The notes under the pieces are model-generated. The model worked only from the letters and a program-made list of their open reading frames with translations, was not told the DNA's origin and searched no databases. DNA of 64,000 bases from the NCBI RefSeq assembly GCF_006345805.1, contig NC_043025.1, forward strand, positions 6,944,001 to 7,008,000, read 5' to 3'. The position numbers and the translations under genes are program-made. Shown here in pieces: positions 25,608-39,984 of the stretch; the first letter of the stretch is position 1; each line of letters opens with the position of its first letter. This stretch comes from Octopus sinensis. Its lineage: Eukaryota.

Positions 25608-26082
25608 CTACAGCGGTGGCGGAGAGGAGCGGAAAAGAGAAGAGGAGGCAAATAAGTAAACGAATAAACAAAGATTGAAATAGATCAATAAGCGTTCAAT
25701 CAATCAACAAATTTTGGCTTTGATTAAGCCACCTGCCCAATCAACACATAAATGCACACATAGAAATATACAAATTCTAGTATATATCTACACACATAGA
25801 CCATGCACAGTTGGGCACATACACATGCATACACAAATATACACACGCACTAACACAAAGACAAAAAGACACCCTCCCAGACACACACATATACACGATG
25901 GGCTTCTTTCAGTTTCCATCTACCAAATCCATTCACAGAAGTTTCGGCTGGGTTGAGGCTATAGTAGAAGATGCCATGCCATTGCTCAAGATTCCATGCA
26001 GTGGGACTGAACCCAGGACTATGCAGCTGGGAGTAAACCTCTTGCCACACAGTCACCTTATATGTGTGTGTGTATGCATGTA

Positions 26083-26115
<33 letters not shown>

Positions 26116-26120
26116 CTATA

Positions 26121-26151
<31 letters not shown>

Positions 26152-26219
26152 CATACATATATACATATATAAACAAATACATATATATATATATATAATA
26201 TATATATATACATACAAAC

Positions 26220-26292
<73 letters not shown>

Positions 26293-27393
26293 CACACACA
26301 CATACATACATACACACAGCACACACACGCATATATACACAAAGCACACACACTCATATATACACAAAGCACACACACTCATATATATATATATATTATA
26401 TATATATATATATATAGGTCTTGGTATACACACATAAATCGTACACAGAGGCACAGACAAACATACATATTTACTAAGTTTGTATACACCCACAAATAGA
26501 TGGGTATACGTGGGTATAGAGACACACAAACAGATAAAAACATACAAAGTAAGAACATAGAGAGGCACAGGCGACTGGCACTCCACCGGTTACAACAACG
26601 AGGGTTCCAGGTGGCACTATTGACAGAACAACCTGCTTGTGAAATCAACGTGCAAGTGGCTGAGTACTCCACAGACACACATATGCTTAACATAGTACTC
26701 GGGGAGATTCAGCGTGACGCAGAAAGTGACCAGGATGGACCTGCTATTCATTTCTGCCAGCTGGAGCAACGTGAAGGTGTCTTGCTCAAGGGAACAATGC
26801 CGCCCTGGGAATTGAACTCAAAATCTTGTGACCGTGAGCCAAGTACTCTAATCACTAAGCCATGCACTTTTACACACACACACGCATTGGTATACTCTCT
26901 TTACTCTTTTACTTGTTTCAGTCATTTGACTGCGGCCATGCTGGAGCACCGCCTTTAGTCGAGCATCTCGACCCCGGGACTTATTCTTTGTAATCACAGT
27001 ACTTATTCTATTGGTCTCTTTTGTCGAACCGCTAAGTCATAGGGACATAAACACACCAGCATCGGTTGTCAAGCAATGCTAGGGGGACAAACACAGACAC
27101 ACAAACACACACATATTCCGGGCTTCTTTCAGTTTCCATCTACCAAATCCACTCACAAGGCATTGGTTGGCCCGGGGCTATAGCAGAAGACGCCCAAGAT
27201 GCCACGCAGTGGGACCGAACCCGGAACCATGTGGTTGGTAAACAAGCTACTTACCACACAGCCACTCCTGCGCCTATACATACATACAGAAAAATAGACA
27301 AAAAAATGTTGCTATATATGCACGCACACACTGGTATACATACATACATACATACACAAACACACACATAGACACAAACATTTTTCTACACAT

Positions 27394-27431
<38 letters not shown>

Positions 27432-28180
27432 ACAAACATTTTGATACACACGCACACACTGGTATACATACATACACAAACACACACACACACAGATGCA
27501 CAAACATTTTGCTATACATGCACACACACGTAAACACATACACATATTGTTATACATACATACACAAGCACACACATAGACACACACACATTTTGCTATA
27601 TATGCACACACACACATATTGGTATACATACATAAACGCACACATATAGACAAACATTTTGTTATAATGCACACACAGACTCACACATGCGCATACATAC
27701 ACAAACATTTTGCTACATACACACACACATTAGTATACATACATAGATAATCACACAAACATTTTGCTACACACACACATATTGGTATTCATACAGACAC
27801 ACACACACAGGCGCAGGAGTGGCTGTGTAGTATGTAGTTTGCTAACCAACCACATGGTTCCGGGTTCAGTCCCACTGCGTGGCACCTTGGGCAAGTGTTT
27901 TCTACTACAGCCCCAGGCCGACCAATGCCTTGTGAGTGGATTTGGTAGACGGAAACTGAAAGAAGCCTGTCGTATATATGTATATATATATATATATATA
28001 TATAAGTGTGTGTGTATATGTTTGTGTGTCTGTGTTTGTCACCCTAGCGTTCGGCAAAAGAGACCGATAGAATAAGTACTGGGCTTACAAAGAATAAGTC
28101 CCGGCGTCGATTTGCTCAACTAAAGGCGGTGCTCCAGCATGGCCACAGTCAAATGACTGAAACAAGTAAAACAGTAAAAC

Positions 28181-28215
<35 letters not shown>

Positions 28216-28452
28216 GAAACAAACTCTAAAATCATACACATTTCTAGAAAAAAACTCGTTAACCCACATACATGCAAGTACACAAACTCTACTAACGAGC
28301 ATGTAGATATAGACAATTAAATATTCCTTAACAGATACATAAACACATACAAAAGTACACATACACACTTTTAGACAGATACTTGTTCACACACACACAC
28401 ACACACACACACAAATCTACAGACACACACGTACAGTCAATTATTAATAGCC

Positions 28453-28496
<44 letters not shown>

Positions 28497-29003
28497 ATCT
28501 TTTATCCTTTTATTTGCTTCAGTCATTAGACTGAGGCCATGCTGGAGCAAAGCCTTGGGGAATTTTAACTGAATCTATCAACCCCTGAATTCATTTTTTT
28601 ATTTAAACCAGGTACTTATTCCATCCATCTCTTTTGCCGAACCACTAAGTTATGAGGATATAAACAGTCCAACATCGGTTGTCAAGCAGTGGTACAAGTC
28701 AAACACAGACAGAAAGATAAACACATGGAGATATATATATATATATATATATACATACATCTAATATAGGATAAAATTTTTTCAGAAAAAATTTTTATCA
28801 ATGGCCAGCATATTAAAAAATACCTTTAAAGGCTAAATTTATAAACAACTTATAAACAAGGGCAAAAGAAAAGAATTTCTAATGCCAAATATGCTGAAAC
28901 TAGACACAACGTCCAAAACCATATAATTTATCACTATATACACGCCATGATAGATCGCTAGCTCCTACATGCATTTTCTTCTCTCCTTGTTTTTTTCTGT
29001 GTA

Positions 29004-29041
29004 TCTTTCTGTCGAAGAGCGTAGGCTCGAAATGTAAAAGA
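29004..29041 (+). ncRNA. Minimal hammerhead, family A (core CUGUCGA)
   Basis: TCTTT CTGTCGA A GAGC GTAG GCTC GAA ATGT A AAAGA, inside a short copy of the element terminus. Confidence 0.7.
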
Positions 29042-29151
29042 CTTGTTCTATTCTATTCCTGAGCGTCATACTAATACATTTGTTTGTTTGTACTCCACCT
29101 GCCTTCGTCTTTTGTTTATTTTCGTAAACCTTCCCATTATATATATATGTA

Positions 29152-29207
<56 letters not shown>

Positions 29208-29349
29208 ATGTGACAATTATTCGGTTGCCATAATAATTATTGTGGCAACCAAATAATTGTTACATATATTACAGATAAATTGTCTATTTACATAATACCA
29301 AGGTCTCTTTCATTCTTTTGTTGTCTTACCATTACTATTAATATATATA

Positions 29350-29409
<60 letters not shown>

Positions 29410-29459
29410 ATATGTATATATATATACTTTATTTAAAAGCAGCAGAAATTTAACAAAAG

Positions 29460-29497
29460 CTGTTACTCGGAGTTTCACGTTCCCGTTCGTCGGACAG
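29460..29497 (-). ncRNA. Minimal hammerhead, family B, left arm (core CCGACGA)
   Basis: CUGU-CCGACGA-ACG(GGAA)CGU-GAA-ACUC(C)GAGU-A-ACAG. Confidence 0.65.
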
Positions 29498-29510
29498 TTT
29501 TGTTAGAATA

Positions 29511-29548
29511 CTATCTGACGAACGGGAATGTGAAACTCCGAGTAACAG
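29511..29548 (+). ncRNA. Minimal hammerhead, family B, right arm (canonical core CUGACGA)
   Basis: CUAU-CUGACGA-ACG(GGAA)UGU-GAA-ACUC(C)GAGU-A-ACAG; predicted GUA cleavage site. Confidence 0.75.
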
Positions 29549-29630
29549 CTTTTTTATATTACTGCTGCTTTTAAATAAACCATATTACTCTACCTCTGGT
29601 ATTTGAGTACTCTTTTTTCCACCTTACTCC

Positions 29631-29687
<57 letters not shown>

Positions 29688-29873
29688 CAAGCTTCTTTCA
29701 TTTTCCATCTACTCAAAAACTCCACTGAATAAGATTTGGTCAGCTTGAAACTATAGCAGAAGACACTTGCCCAAGGTACCATGAAGTGGGACCGAACCCA
29801 AAACTGTGCAAGGTGGGAAGCAACTTCTTGCCACACAACCATGAAGCACTCGTTATCTCACTCACACACACAC

Positions 29874-29904
<31 letters not shown>

Positions 29905-30518
29905 CACACACACACACAAATCTACAGACACACACGTACAGTCAATTATTAATAGCCAGTAACACACACACACACACACACCACACACACAGGTATCTTT
30001 TATCCTTTTATTTGCTTCAGTCATTAGACTGAGGCCATGCTGGAGCAAAGCCTTGGGGAATTTTAACTGAATCTATCAACCCCTGAATTCATTTTTTTAT
30101 TTAAACCAGGTACTTATTCCATCCATCTCTTTTGCCGAACCACTAAGTTATGAGGATATAAACAGTCCAACATCGGTTGTCAAGCAGTGGTACAAGTCAA
30201 ACACAGACAGAAGATAAACACATGGAGATATATATTATATATATATATAATATATATATATATACATACATCTAATATAGGATAAATAAAATTTTTTCAG
30301 AAAAAATTTTTATCAATGGCCAGCATATTAAAAAATACCTTTAAAGGCTAAATTTATAAACAACTTATAAACAAGGGCAAAAGAAAAGAATTTCTAATGC
30401 CAAATATGCTGAAACTAGACACAACGTCCAAAACCATATAATTTATCACTATATACACGCCATGATAGATCGCTAGCTCCTACATGCATTTTCTTCTCTC
30501 CTTGTTTTTTTCTGTGTA

Positions 30519-30556
30519 TCTTTCTGTCGAAGAGCGTAGGCTCGAAATGTAAAAGA
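30519..30556 (+). ncRNA. Minimal hammerhead, family A (duplicate of 29004-29041)
   Basis: Identical motif within the 1.5-kb tandem duplication. Confidence 0.7.
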
Positions 30557-30663
30557 CTTGTTCTATTTCTATTCCTGAGCGCTATACTAATACATTTGTT
30601 TGTTTGTACTCCACCTGCCTTCGTCTTTTGTTTATTTTCGTAAACCTTCCCATTATATATATA

Positions 30664-30724
<61 letters not shown>

Positions 30725-30876
30725 GTGACAATTATTCGGTTGCCATAATAATTATTGTGGCAACCAAATAATTGTTACATATATTACAGATAAATTGTCT
30801 ATTTACATAATACCAAGGTCTCTTTCATTCTTTTGTTGTCTTACCATTACTATTAATATATATATGTGTGTGTGTG

Positions 30877-30960
<84 letters not shown>

Positions 30961-30993
30961 CTTTATTTAAAAGCAGCAGAAATTTAACAAAAG

Positions 30994-31031
30994 CTGTTAC
31001 TCGGAGTTTCACGTTCCCGTTCGTCGGACAG
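30994..31031 (-). ncRNA. Family B hammerhead, left arm, duplicate copy
   Basis: Same sequence as 29460-29497. Confidence 0.65.
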
Positions 31032-31044
31032 TTTTGTTAGAATA

Positions 31045-31082
31045 CTATCTGACGAACGGGAATGTGAAACTCCGAGTAACAG
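31045..31082 (+). ncRNA. Family B hammerhead, right arm, duplicate copy
   Basis: Same sequence as 29511-29548. Confidence 0.75.
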
Positions 31083-31164
31083 CTTTTTTATATTACTGCT
31101 GCTTTTAAATAAACCATATTACTCTACCTCTGGTATTTGAGTACTCTTTTTTCCACCTTACTCC

Positions 31165-31223
<59 letters not shown>

Positions 31224-31422
31224 CAAGCTTCTTTCATTTTCCATCTACTCAAAAACTCCACTGAATAAGATTTGGTCAGCTTGAAACTATAGCAGAAGAC
31301 ACTTGCCCAAGGTACCATGAAGTGGGACCGAACCCAAAACTGTGCAAGGTGGGAAGCAACTTCTTGCCACACAACCATGAAGCACTCGTTATCTCACTCA
31401 CACACACACACACACACATACA

Positions 31423-31480
<58 letters not shown>

Positions 31481-31966
31481 GGTCAATTAACCCTTTAACA
31501 TTCAGATTACTCTGCTAAATGTAAAGCTTATCCATTCACATTATCTGTAATTAATTTCTCAGTTTCCTGATTTCAATGACGTGATTGTCTATTTTTAGAA
31601 TAACATTGCAGGGTCGGTGTGAGAAGCAGGACCTGGGCTGGATATGGTTGGTTTAAATGCTAAATGGTTAACCCTTTAGCATTCAGGCGGTGAGCTGGCA
31701 GAAACGTTAGCACGCCGGGCGAAATGCTTAGCGGTATTTCGTCTGCGTTACGTTGTGAGTTCAAATTCCGCCGAGGTCGACTTAATACCTATGTCTGTCC
31801 TTGTTTGTCCCCTCTGTGTTTAGCCCCTTGTGGGTAATAAAGAAATAGGTTAACCCTTTAGCATTCAGATCCCTTTGTATCTTTTAGTTGCTTCGGTCGT
31901 TTGATTGCAGCCATGAAGGGTTTTAATCGAACCCACGTTTTTCTTTTTTAAGTTTAATACGTATCC

Positions 31967-32167
31967 CAGTGCCTTTCAAACTTTTTGCTGGAGCGGAACC
32001 CCAAGGAAACATTCCACTGACTCGAAGAACCCCTGTGCAATAATTTAATAGTCGTATGCACACATATCTGCACAGGAGAATTAAAAATTACTGCCGATTT
32101 TAGCAGTTTTATAGCTTCTTGCGGAACCCCTGCACTATACTGGCGGAACCCTGGTTGAAAACCACTG
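31967..32167. mobile_element. hAT-type MITE
   Basis: TIRs CAGTG..TTTCAA / TTGAAAACCACTG; 8-bp TSD acgtatcc / acttatcc. Confidence 0.8.
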
Positions 32168-33346
32168 ACTTATCCTACGAGTCCCTTTTGTCGAACCACT
32201 AAATTACAGGGATGTAATCACACCAACACCGGTTGTCAAGTGTGGGGGAGGACAAACACAGATATGAAGACACAATATTTTTGCAGATGGCTGGTATATA
32301 ATTCTACATTTGTTTCCATGTATTGTGTACGTGTGTAAAAAACATCCTGATGAGAGGAGTGTCCGTTTCGAATATATGACATGTATTTAACCAATTGGCT
32401 AATTAATTGTTCAATTAATCACTTCGTTGACTGTTTAGCATTTAAGCTGGCAATATCTGGCCCCAAATATTCAACTGGCCAGATCTGGCCTTTCACATCT
32501 AGTCAGCAATGTCCTTCAAAAGTAAATGATTGCTTCATCGAAATCTCAAAGCTGTCCGATAATCCTTGATTAATTCAAAAGACAATATTGATAAATAAGC
32601 ATTACATTTGAGAGAATAATCTAATTGCGAACGGGTTAATCACACATTATCTTAGAGCTTTGAGATTTTGGTGATGTGGTTCTTTTTTTTTTTTTGTGTT
32701 ATACTTATAACTGTTTCAGTGAGCTGAAGCACCACCTTAAGGAGTTTTAGTTGAACAAATCGACCCCAGTGCGTAACTGGTACTTAATTTATCGACCCCG
32801 AAAGGATGAAAGGCAAAGTCGACCTCGGCAGAATTTGAACTCGGAACGTAACGACAGACGGAATATGGGTATGCATTTCGCCCAGCGTGCTAACGTTTCT
32901 GCCAGCTCGCCACCTTAAATCAATCCCTTATGCCAAACTGCTAAGTTACAGGGACGTAAACACACCAACATCAGCTGTCAAGCGATGGTGGGTGGGTGGG
33001 TGGGGGACACATGAACACACAAATACACACACACACACACATATATATACATATATATATACACACGCATACGATGGGCTTCTTTCAGTTTCCGTCTACC
33101 AAATCCACTCACAAGGATCTGGTCAGCCCAAGGTTATAGTAGAGGACACTTGCCCAAGGTGCCACGCAGCGGGACTGAACTCAGAACCATGTGGTTGGGA
33201 AGGAAGCTTCTTACCACACAGCCACGCCTGTGCCTATGTTTGTTTTTAGAATGACATTGTAGGGTAAGTATGAAGGGCCAGATCCGGCCGCTTTTAACAA
33301 AATGTCCTGCTTAAATGCTAAAGGGTTTGACATTCATTATCACACA

Positions 33347-33424
<78 letters not shown>

Positions 33425-33471
33425 ACACACACACACACATACGATCCATAAATCAATAAAATCCAACTCAC

Positions 33472-33557
33472 CTGATCCGGGCACTGCTCTTAACTGCCTT
33501 CCTCACATCCGATTCATGTTTACGGTTCATGATGAGCTTCCGCAAAGCGACGGCGTC
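33472..33557 (-). CDS. PBRM1: Polybromo-1 internal exon, end of bromodomain 2 (DAVALRKLIMNRKHESDVRKAVKSSARI-R), 86 nt, phase 0 to 2
   Basis: Acceptor ttttccgctaaccttctag with a CTAAC branch motif, donor AG|gtgagt. The peptide resembles the PBRM1 BD2 C-terminal helix and the KSSLRMR motif (recalled). Phase matches the next exon. Confidence 0.85.
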
Positions 33558-33855
33558 CTAGAAGGTTAGCGGAAAATTTTGTTGGGGGGACAAGGGAGAA
33601 GAAAAAAAAAAAAGAAAGAAAAAAAAAACAAAGACACGAATAAACGAGGGGGGCTTCGTCTCCCGAAAATTAATTAATTAATTGAAATTTTTGAAATACA
33701 AACTGCAATTAAGAGATGGAAGTTAACGTTTATCATATAAAGAATTATAAAAATATTTCATAAAACCATAGTTCGCACATATACGTGCCTATATATATAT
33801 ATTTATAAACATATGTATATATATATATACATGTGTGTGTGTGTGTATATTTATG

Positions 33856-33895
<40 letters not shown>

Positions 33896-35200
33896 CACAC
33901 ACATACATGTGTACATATATATTTGACTAATTAGTTACAGAGAAAACCAAGACAATAAAATAAATACTAAATAAAATGGAAAAAGAAAAGAAAAAAAGCT
34001 AAGGGGTGGGGGAAAACAAGCGAAGAAATGCAGAAATTAATTAAAAGGTTATAGTTCGTTATTTGTTATTGGTTTGCGTTTCGAGAAAGCAACCACAGAA
34101 GAAAAGTCATTTGGAAATATTTTATATATTTTCTGAAGTATTTACAATCAAATATCTGTTGGTTGCCATTTGGTGTGTCTTGAAAAGCACGTGGCACGAT
34201 TAGAGATTGTGTGAAGAAATGTAAATGGTTACATTGTGGATATGGTTAAGTGACACGTACAGACACAAACACAGGCACACATTCACACGTGGGCACACGC
34301 ATAGGCCAGGAGTGCATGGGAACACGCAGACACGGATACAGGGGCACACACATTGGATACAAACACACGCACACACATAATTAATAAGTGATGTGGAACA
34401 CAAAGACAGACATACCTATTTCTTTACTACCCACAAGGGGCTAAACACAGAGGGGACGAACAAGGACAGACAAACGGATTAAGTCAATCATATCGACCCC
34501 AGTGCGTAACTGTACTTATTTAATCGACCCCGAAAGGATGAAAGGCAAAGTCGACCTCAGCGGAATTTGAACTCAGAACGTAGCGGCAGACGAAATACCT
34601 ATTTCTTTACTACCCACAAGGGACTAAACACAGAGAGGACGAACAAGGACAGATAAACGGATTAAGTCGATCATATCGACCCCAGTGCGTAACTGTACTT
34701 ATTTAATCGACCCCGAAAGGATGAAAGGCAAAGTCGACCTCGGCGGAATTTGAACTCAGAACGTAACTGCAGACAAAATACCGCTAAGCATTTCGCCCGG
34801 CGCGCTAACGTTTCTGCCAGCTCGCAGCTCTGCCAAGACACACATGAACACACATACATGAACATCGAAGACTGACCTGGGCAAAAACCATTTTCGCCAT
34901 TAGCACTTAATCCAGCCACATCCTGCCCAAATATTCTGCGTATCTTATGTTCAAACTAGCCAGATCCAGGGTCTCACAGCTGCCCTACAATCGCCCTAAA
35001 AGCAATCATATTCATGAAAACTCAAACCTACCAGATAATGCAGGAGAAATTCCAAACAAAATGAACAAATAGGTCTCTTTTACTTGTTTCAGTCATTTGA
35101 CTGCGGCCATGCTGGAGCACCGCCTTTTAGTCGAGCAAATCAACCCCGGGACTTATTCTTTGTAAGCCCAGTACTTATTCTATCGGTCTCTTTTGCCGAA

Positions 35201-35400
35201 CCGCTAAGTGACGGGGACAACCGCTAAGTGACGGGGACAACCGCTAAGTGACGGGGACAGCCGCTAAGTGACGGGGACAACCGCTAAGTGACGGGGACAA
35301 CCGCTAAGTGACGGGGACAACCGCTAAGTGACGGGGACAGCCGCTAAGTGACGGGGACAACCGCTAAGTGACGGGGACAACCGCTAAGTGACGGGGACAA
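35201..35400. repeat. Minisatellite, 20-bp unit ccgctaagtgacggggaca(a/g) x 10, from the S1 SINE body
   Basis: Exact 20-bp periodicity, continuing directly from an S1 copy that starts near 35080. Confidence 0.95.
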
Positions 35401-35675
35401 GTGTTACATTTATAAAAGGAATTTGAATGCTAAAGGGTCGACCTCTTAGCATTCAAACGAGCCATATCCAACCCATATCCTCTATGTGTTTTAATGCTGA
35501 AACCGACAAGATCTGGCCTCTTACACCTATCCTAAAATGTCATTCTAATAGTATAGGATTGTATCATTGAAATTTCAAACCTACCGATAATGTATGAGTA
35601 ATATATACATGTATATATACACATGCACACACACATATATACATATATATGTATATATATATACATGCACACTTC

Positions 35676-35711
<36 letters not shown>

Positions 35712-35775
35712 CATGCACACTTCTATATATACATATATATATATATATATACATCACATGCACACTTCTATATAT

Positions 35776-35828
<53 letters not shown>

Positions 35829-36346
35829 CACATGCACACTTCTATATATATATAACATATATATATATGTATGTATATATATACACATGCACACTTGTAT
35901 ATATATATACATATATATATATATACACATGCACACTTCCATATATATATATATACACACACATGCACACTTCCAATATATACATATATATGTATATATA
36001 TACACACATGCACACTTCCATGTATATATTTATACACATTCACATTTCCATATATACATATATATGTATATATATACACACACTTCCATATATACATATA
36101 TATGTATATATATACACACACTTCCATTGTTATTTTCTCGTTTTGTAACTAATTGTACTTTTTGTACATGTATTTTTATTTTTGCAGTTTTATTGTTTGT
36201 CTATGCAGAAAAAAGGCTTTTTTTCGTTCGTCCTCTTGTGTTTGTTTTTGTACATGTATTTTAATTTTGCAGTCTTATTTTACGTCTTGTTTGTGTTCGT
36301 ACTCATTGTGCCCCGCTGCTTGACATTTTATTTTATTCTCTCGCAG

Positions 36347-36410
36347 GAAGCCTATGATTAGTGTTCCTGTTATGCCTTCGAAACTGCCTGACTCCTCTAG
36401 TGACAGCTGA
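36347..36410 (+). other. Candidate terminal exon of an antisense gene (KPMISVPVMPSKLPDSSSDS, then TGA TGA)
   Basis: Strong acceptor ttgacattttattttattctctcgcag, T-rich unique flanks on the + strand, U-rich UTR-like sequence downstream. Confidence 0.35.
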
Positions 36411-36679
36411 TGACGGGGATTTTGTCCTTGTGTAACCTGTCCTGTATTTGGTTTTCGTTTCCGTTTTCCTTGTTTTTTTTTGTTTTTTTCTTTTTTCGTT
36501 TCTACGTCTTATTGTGATGTCCTGTACTTCCGTATAATTATTTATATATGCATGTATATATACATGTAGATGTAGGTACGTACATATATGTTTGTATGTA
36601 TGCATATATTTTTATTTATCTCCTATATATATATATATATATATACTAACATATACACACATACACACACAAATACACA

Positions 36680-37340
36680 CAGGGTGCAATGGGTAAATTG
36701 TCACCATTTTATATTTTCAATGTCACCCATATGCATTGTTCGTTTTTGATTTTGACAACTACACAGTATAGTAGGGTCAGTTGGGCACAGTCTTTGAAAA
36801 AAAATAGCACCATGACACAATTCCCTCAGCCAGCAATTTGGAAATGACATGCTGTACTGCTTGGCATTCACGCTGGAAGCTCCAATACGAACATTTCAGA
36901 GTGTTTGAGTGTCAAACTGAGGACAGTGCACCGAGTCAACATCATGGTGTTTCCGGTGATCACTAGCGACTGCGACGTTGTGACTCCATTCATCTTCCCA
37001 CAGTGCCTCAGACTCAATACTCAAGCCTACATCACATGCTTAGAGGAGGTGGTGCCGCCTTGGGTGAAGAGGGTAGCTGTTGGAAGACCCCCATGTCTGG
37101 CAACAGGGCTATGTACCATGCCACACAAGCAGGAGAACCCAGTCATGACTGTCAGACAGTTTCTGTGACCACATCACCCCAAATTGTAATCCCCTTGATT
37201 ATTATGCGTGATGCATAGTTGAGCGGAACACCAAAGATGAACTGAAGGCAAGGATTATGGCAGCATTCACCAACTTAAACAAGGAGACCATCCAGAAGTG
37301 TTGCAGGAGATTCCAAAGTCGTCTGGAGGCGGGGTTAAAG
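36680..37340 (+). mobile_element. Internally deleted Tc1/mariner transposon fossil
   Basis: Starts CAGGGTG; remnants VWQQ..PCH, NPLDY and ELKARI.AAF...C.RF.SRLEA. Confidence 0.8.
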
Positions 37341-37485
37341 CATATGTATATACACATGTATATACATACATATATATATACATACATATGTATATACATA
37401 TATATACATACATATGTCTATACATATATATATATATATACATACACATAGATATATATATACATATATACATACCTACATACAC

Positions 37486-37516
<31 letters not shown>

Positions 37517-38099
37517 TATGTATATATACATACATATATACATACCTACATACACACATACATACATATATATATATGTATATATATATACATACATACA
37601 TACATACTATAAGGTATGCAACTGTGTACATACATTGCTATATCTATACATAACTATAAAAAAAACGGAACAAAAAAACAATAGAGGAAAATAAAACAAA
37701 TGGAGGGATAGACAATACAAAGGGTGACAGGAAAGACAACAATTAGTGAGACAGTCTTGGCCTTCTTTTGTCAGCCAAGTTACCAGATCTCATTACAGTT
37801 TCGGGCAGTTACACTTGGGATTGTTCGATCTGGTTGCCCACCAAAAAAAGACTAAGCTAAGACCATTAGATTTTTTGTAGGAAAGCTAGTGAATGTGTGC
37901 GAAAACAAAGACAAAAAAATGGAGAACATGGTACACAACCACAAATACAAACTACAAAAACATAACAACAGGTGTCTTTCGAATGAGTATGAATCAAATT
38001 GAGATGGCGTGTATAATGAAAGCCTAAAGGCAGGAACATAAATGGACACAAGGGGTGATGGCAGTCAGCAGTCAAGCCAAGAAAGACCATGGCTGGCTG

Positions 38100-38448
38100 A
38101 ACACCCCCTCACTTTTGCTTCCAGATGGCTGGTGATTTTCCGACCGCATGCAAATGGTTGCAGGCAGTTTTCTGGCTAATTTCAAATGCATTTGCCAGTT
38201 CTCAAGTGGTCTTACAATGACACTCTTTAATTAGCGTGATCAAAGGCAGATGGGTGCCCACTACACTCACTATCTTCAAGGTTCAAGTCTCCACCGCGAA
38301 ATCATTTCAACCATTTTTGAGCTGACCACTCACTGGTTATTTCCTCACCAAATTTGTCATTGATATTGCGGAGAGTTTCAGTTGTTTTATGTCCGTTTTT
38401 CAAGGTGAAGAGCAAAATTGCTCAAATAAGGTGCTTTGACAGTTCCAT
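38100..38448 (-). mobile_element. Degenerate mariner transposase N-terminus (helix-turn-helix region)
   Basis: MELSKHLI*AILLF...GHKTTETLRNINDKFGE...KW..*FRGGDLNLED.ECSGHPS. Confidence 0.75.
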
Positions 38449-38599
38449 TTCAAATGATTGTAAACAACGATAAAAAGAATATCAATGTGGAAAATTACAA
38501 AAAAAAAAAAAAAAGTTATAAATAATTCAAAACTCTGCAAAATCCTGGTATAAATTCTTCATGGTTCAAAATGTTGCTACTTTTTACTCAGCCTGCTAT

Positions 38600-38992
38600 C
38601 CATACATGCATATACATACACATACACATATATACATACACATAAATAAACATGTATATATATATACATAAATAAACATGTATATATATATACATATATA
38701 CATACATACATATACATATATACATACATATATACATACATACATATACATATATACACATATATACATACATATACATATATACATACATACATATACA
38801 TATATACACATATATACATACATATACATATATACATACATATATACATACATATATATACACATACATATATATATACATACATATATATATACATACA
38901 TATATATATATAGACATACGTATATATATATACACATACATATATATATACATACATACATACTATATACATACACATACATATATACATAC

Positions 38993-39024
<32 letters not shown>

Positions 39025-39871
39025 ACACATACATATATATATACATATATATATACATACATATATATATACACATACATATATATATACCCATACATAT
39101 ATATATACATACATATATATATACAATATATATACATACATATATATATACATACATTATATAATACTATATATATACATACATATATATATACATACAT
39201 TATATATATATACATACATATATAATATATATACATACATATATATATACACATACATATATATATAGACATACATATATATATTAGATATATATATATA
39301 CATACATATATATATATACATACATAATATATATATATACATACATATATATATATACATACTACATATATATATACACATACATATATATTATCATACA
39401 TACTATATATACACAACATATATATATATACATACATACATATATATATATACACATACATATATTATACACATACATATATATAATTATACATACATAC
39501 ATAGATATACACATACATTATATATATATATACATACATATTATACACATACATATATATATATATACATACATATATATATATATACATACTATATATA
39601 TATACACATACATATATACATACATATATATAACATACATATATATAGATACATACTATATACATACATATATACAATATATATACATACATATATATAC
39701 ATATATATATACATACATATATATATACATACATATATATTAGACATATCTATATACATACAATATACATACAGATATATATACATATTATACATCCCTA
39801 TATATACATACATATATACATACATATATACATACTCATACATACATACATATATATATACATACATACAT

Positions 39872-39905
<34 letters not shown>

Positions 39906-39951
39906 TATATAATAAAAATACATACATACATATATAGATATATACATATAT

Positions 39952-39984
<33 letters not shown>

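Larger units (their letters stand above)
28400..31400. repeat. About 1.5-kb tandem duplication bounded by (CA)n
   Basis: aaatctacagacacacacgtacagtc at about 28413 and 29918; the copies differ mainly in microsatellite length and a few 1-4 nt indels. Confidence 0.9.

Noticed and set aside
32345-32385. CTGATGA...GAAT motif; also CTGAATGA...GAAAT at about 51245-51300 and GAAAC motifs at about 24320 and 37800
   Set aside because: Core incomplete or stems missing; at most decayed remnants.
35201-35400. Regular short direct repeats resembling a CRISPR array; also the 108-, 129- and 181-bp arrays
   Set aside because: No unique spacers, no cas genes, eukaryotic context; the units derive from local repeats.
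36375-36435. GAAAC plus CTGATGA near the + exon candidate as a hammerhead
   Set aside because: Stems II and III cannot be paired in any topology, and the cleavage position would be G.
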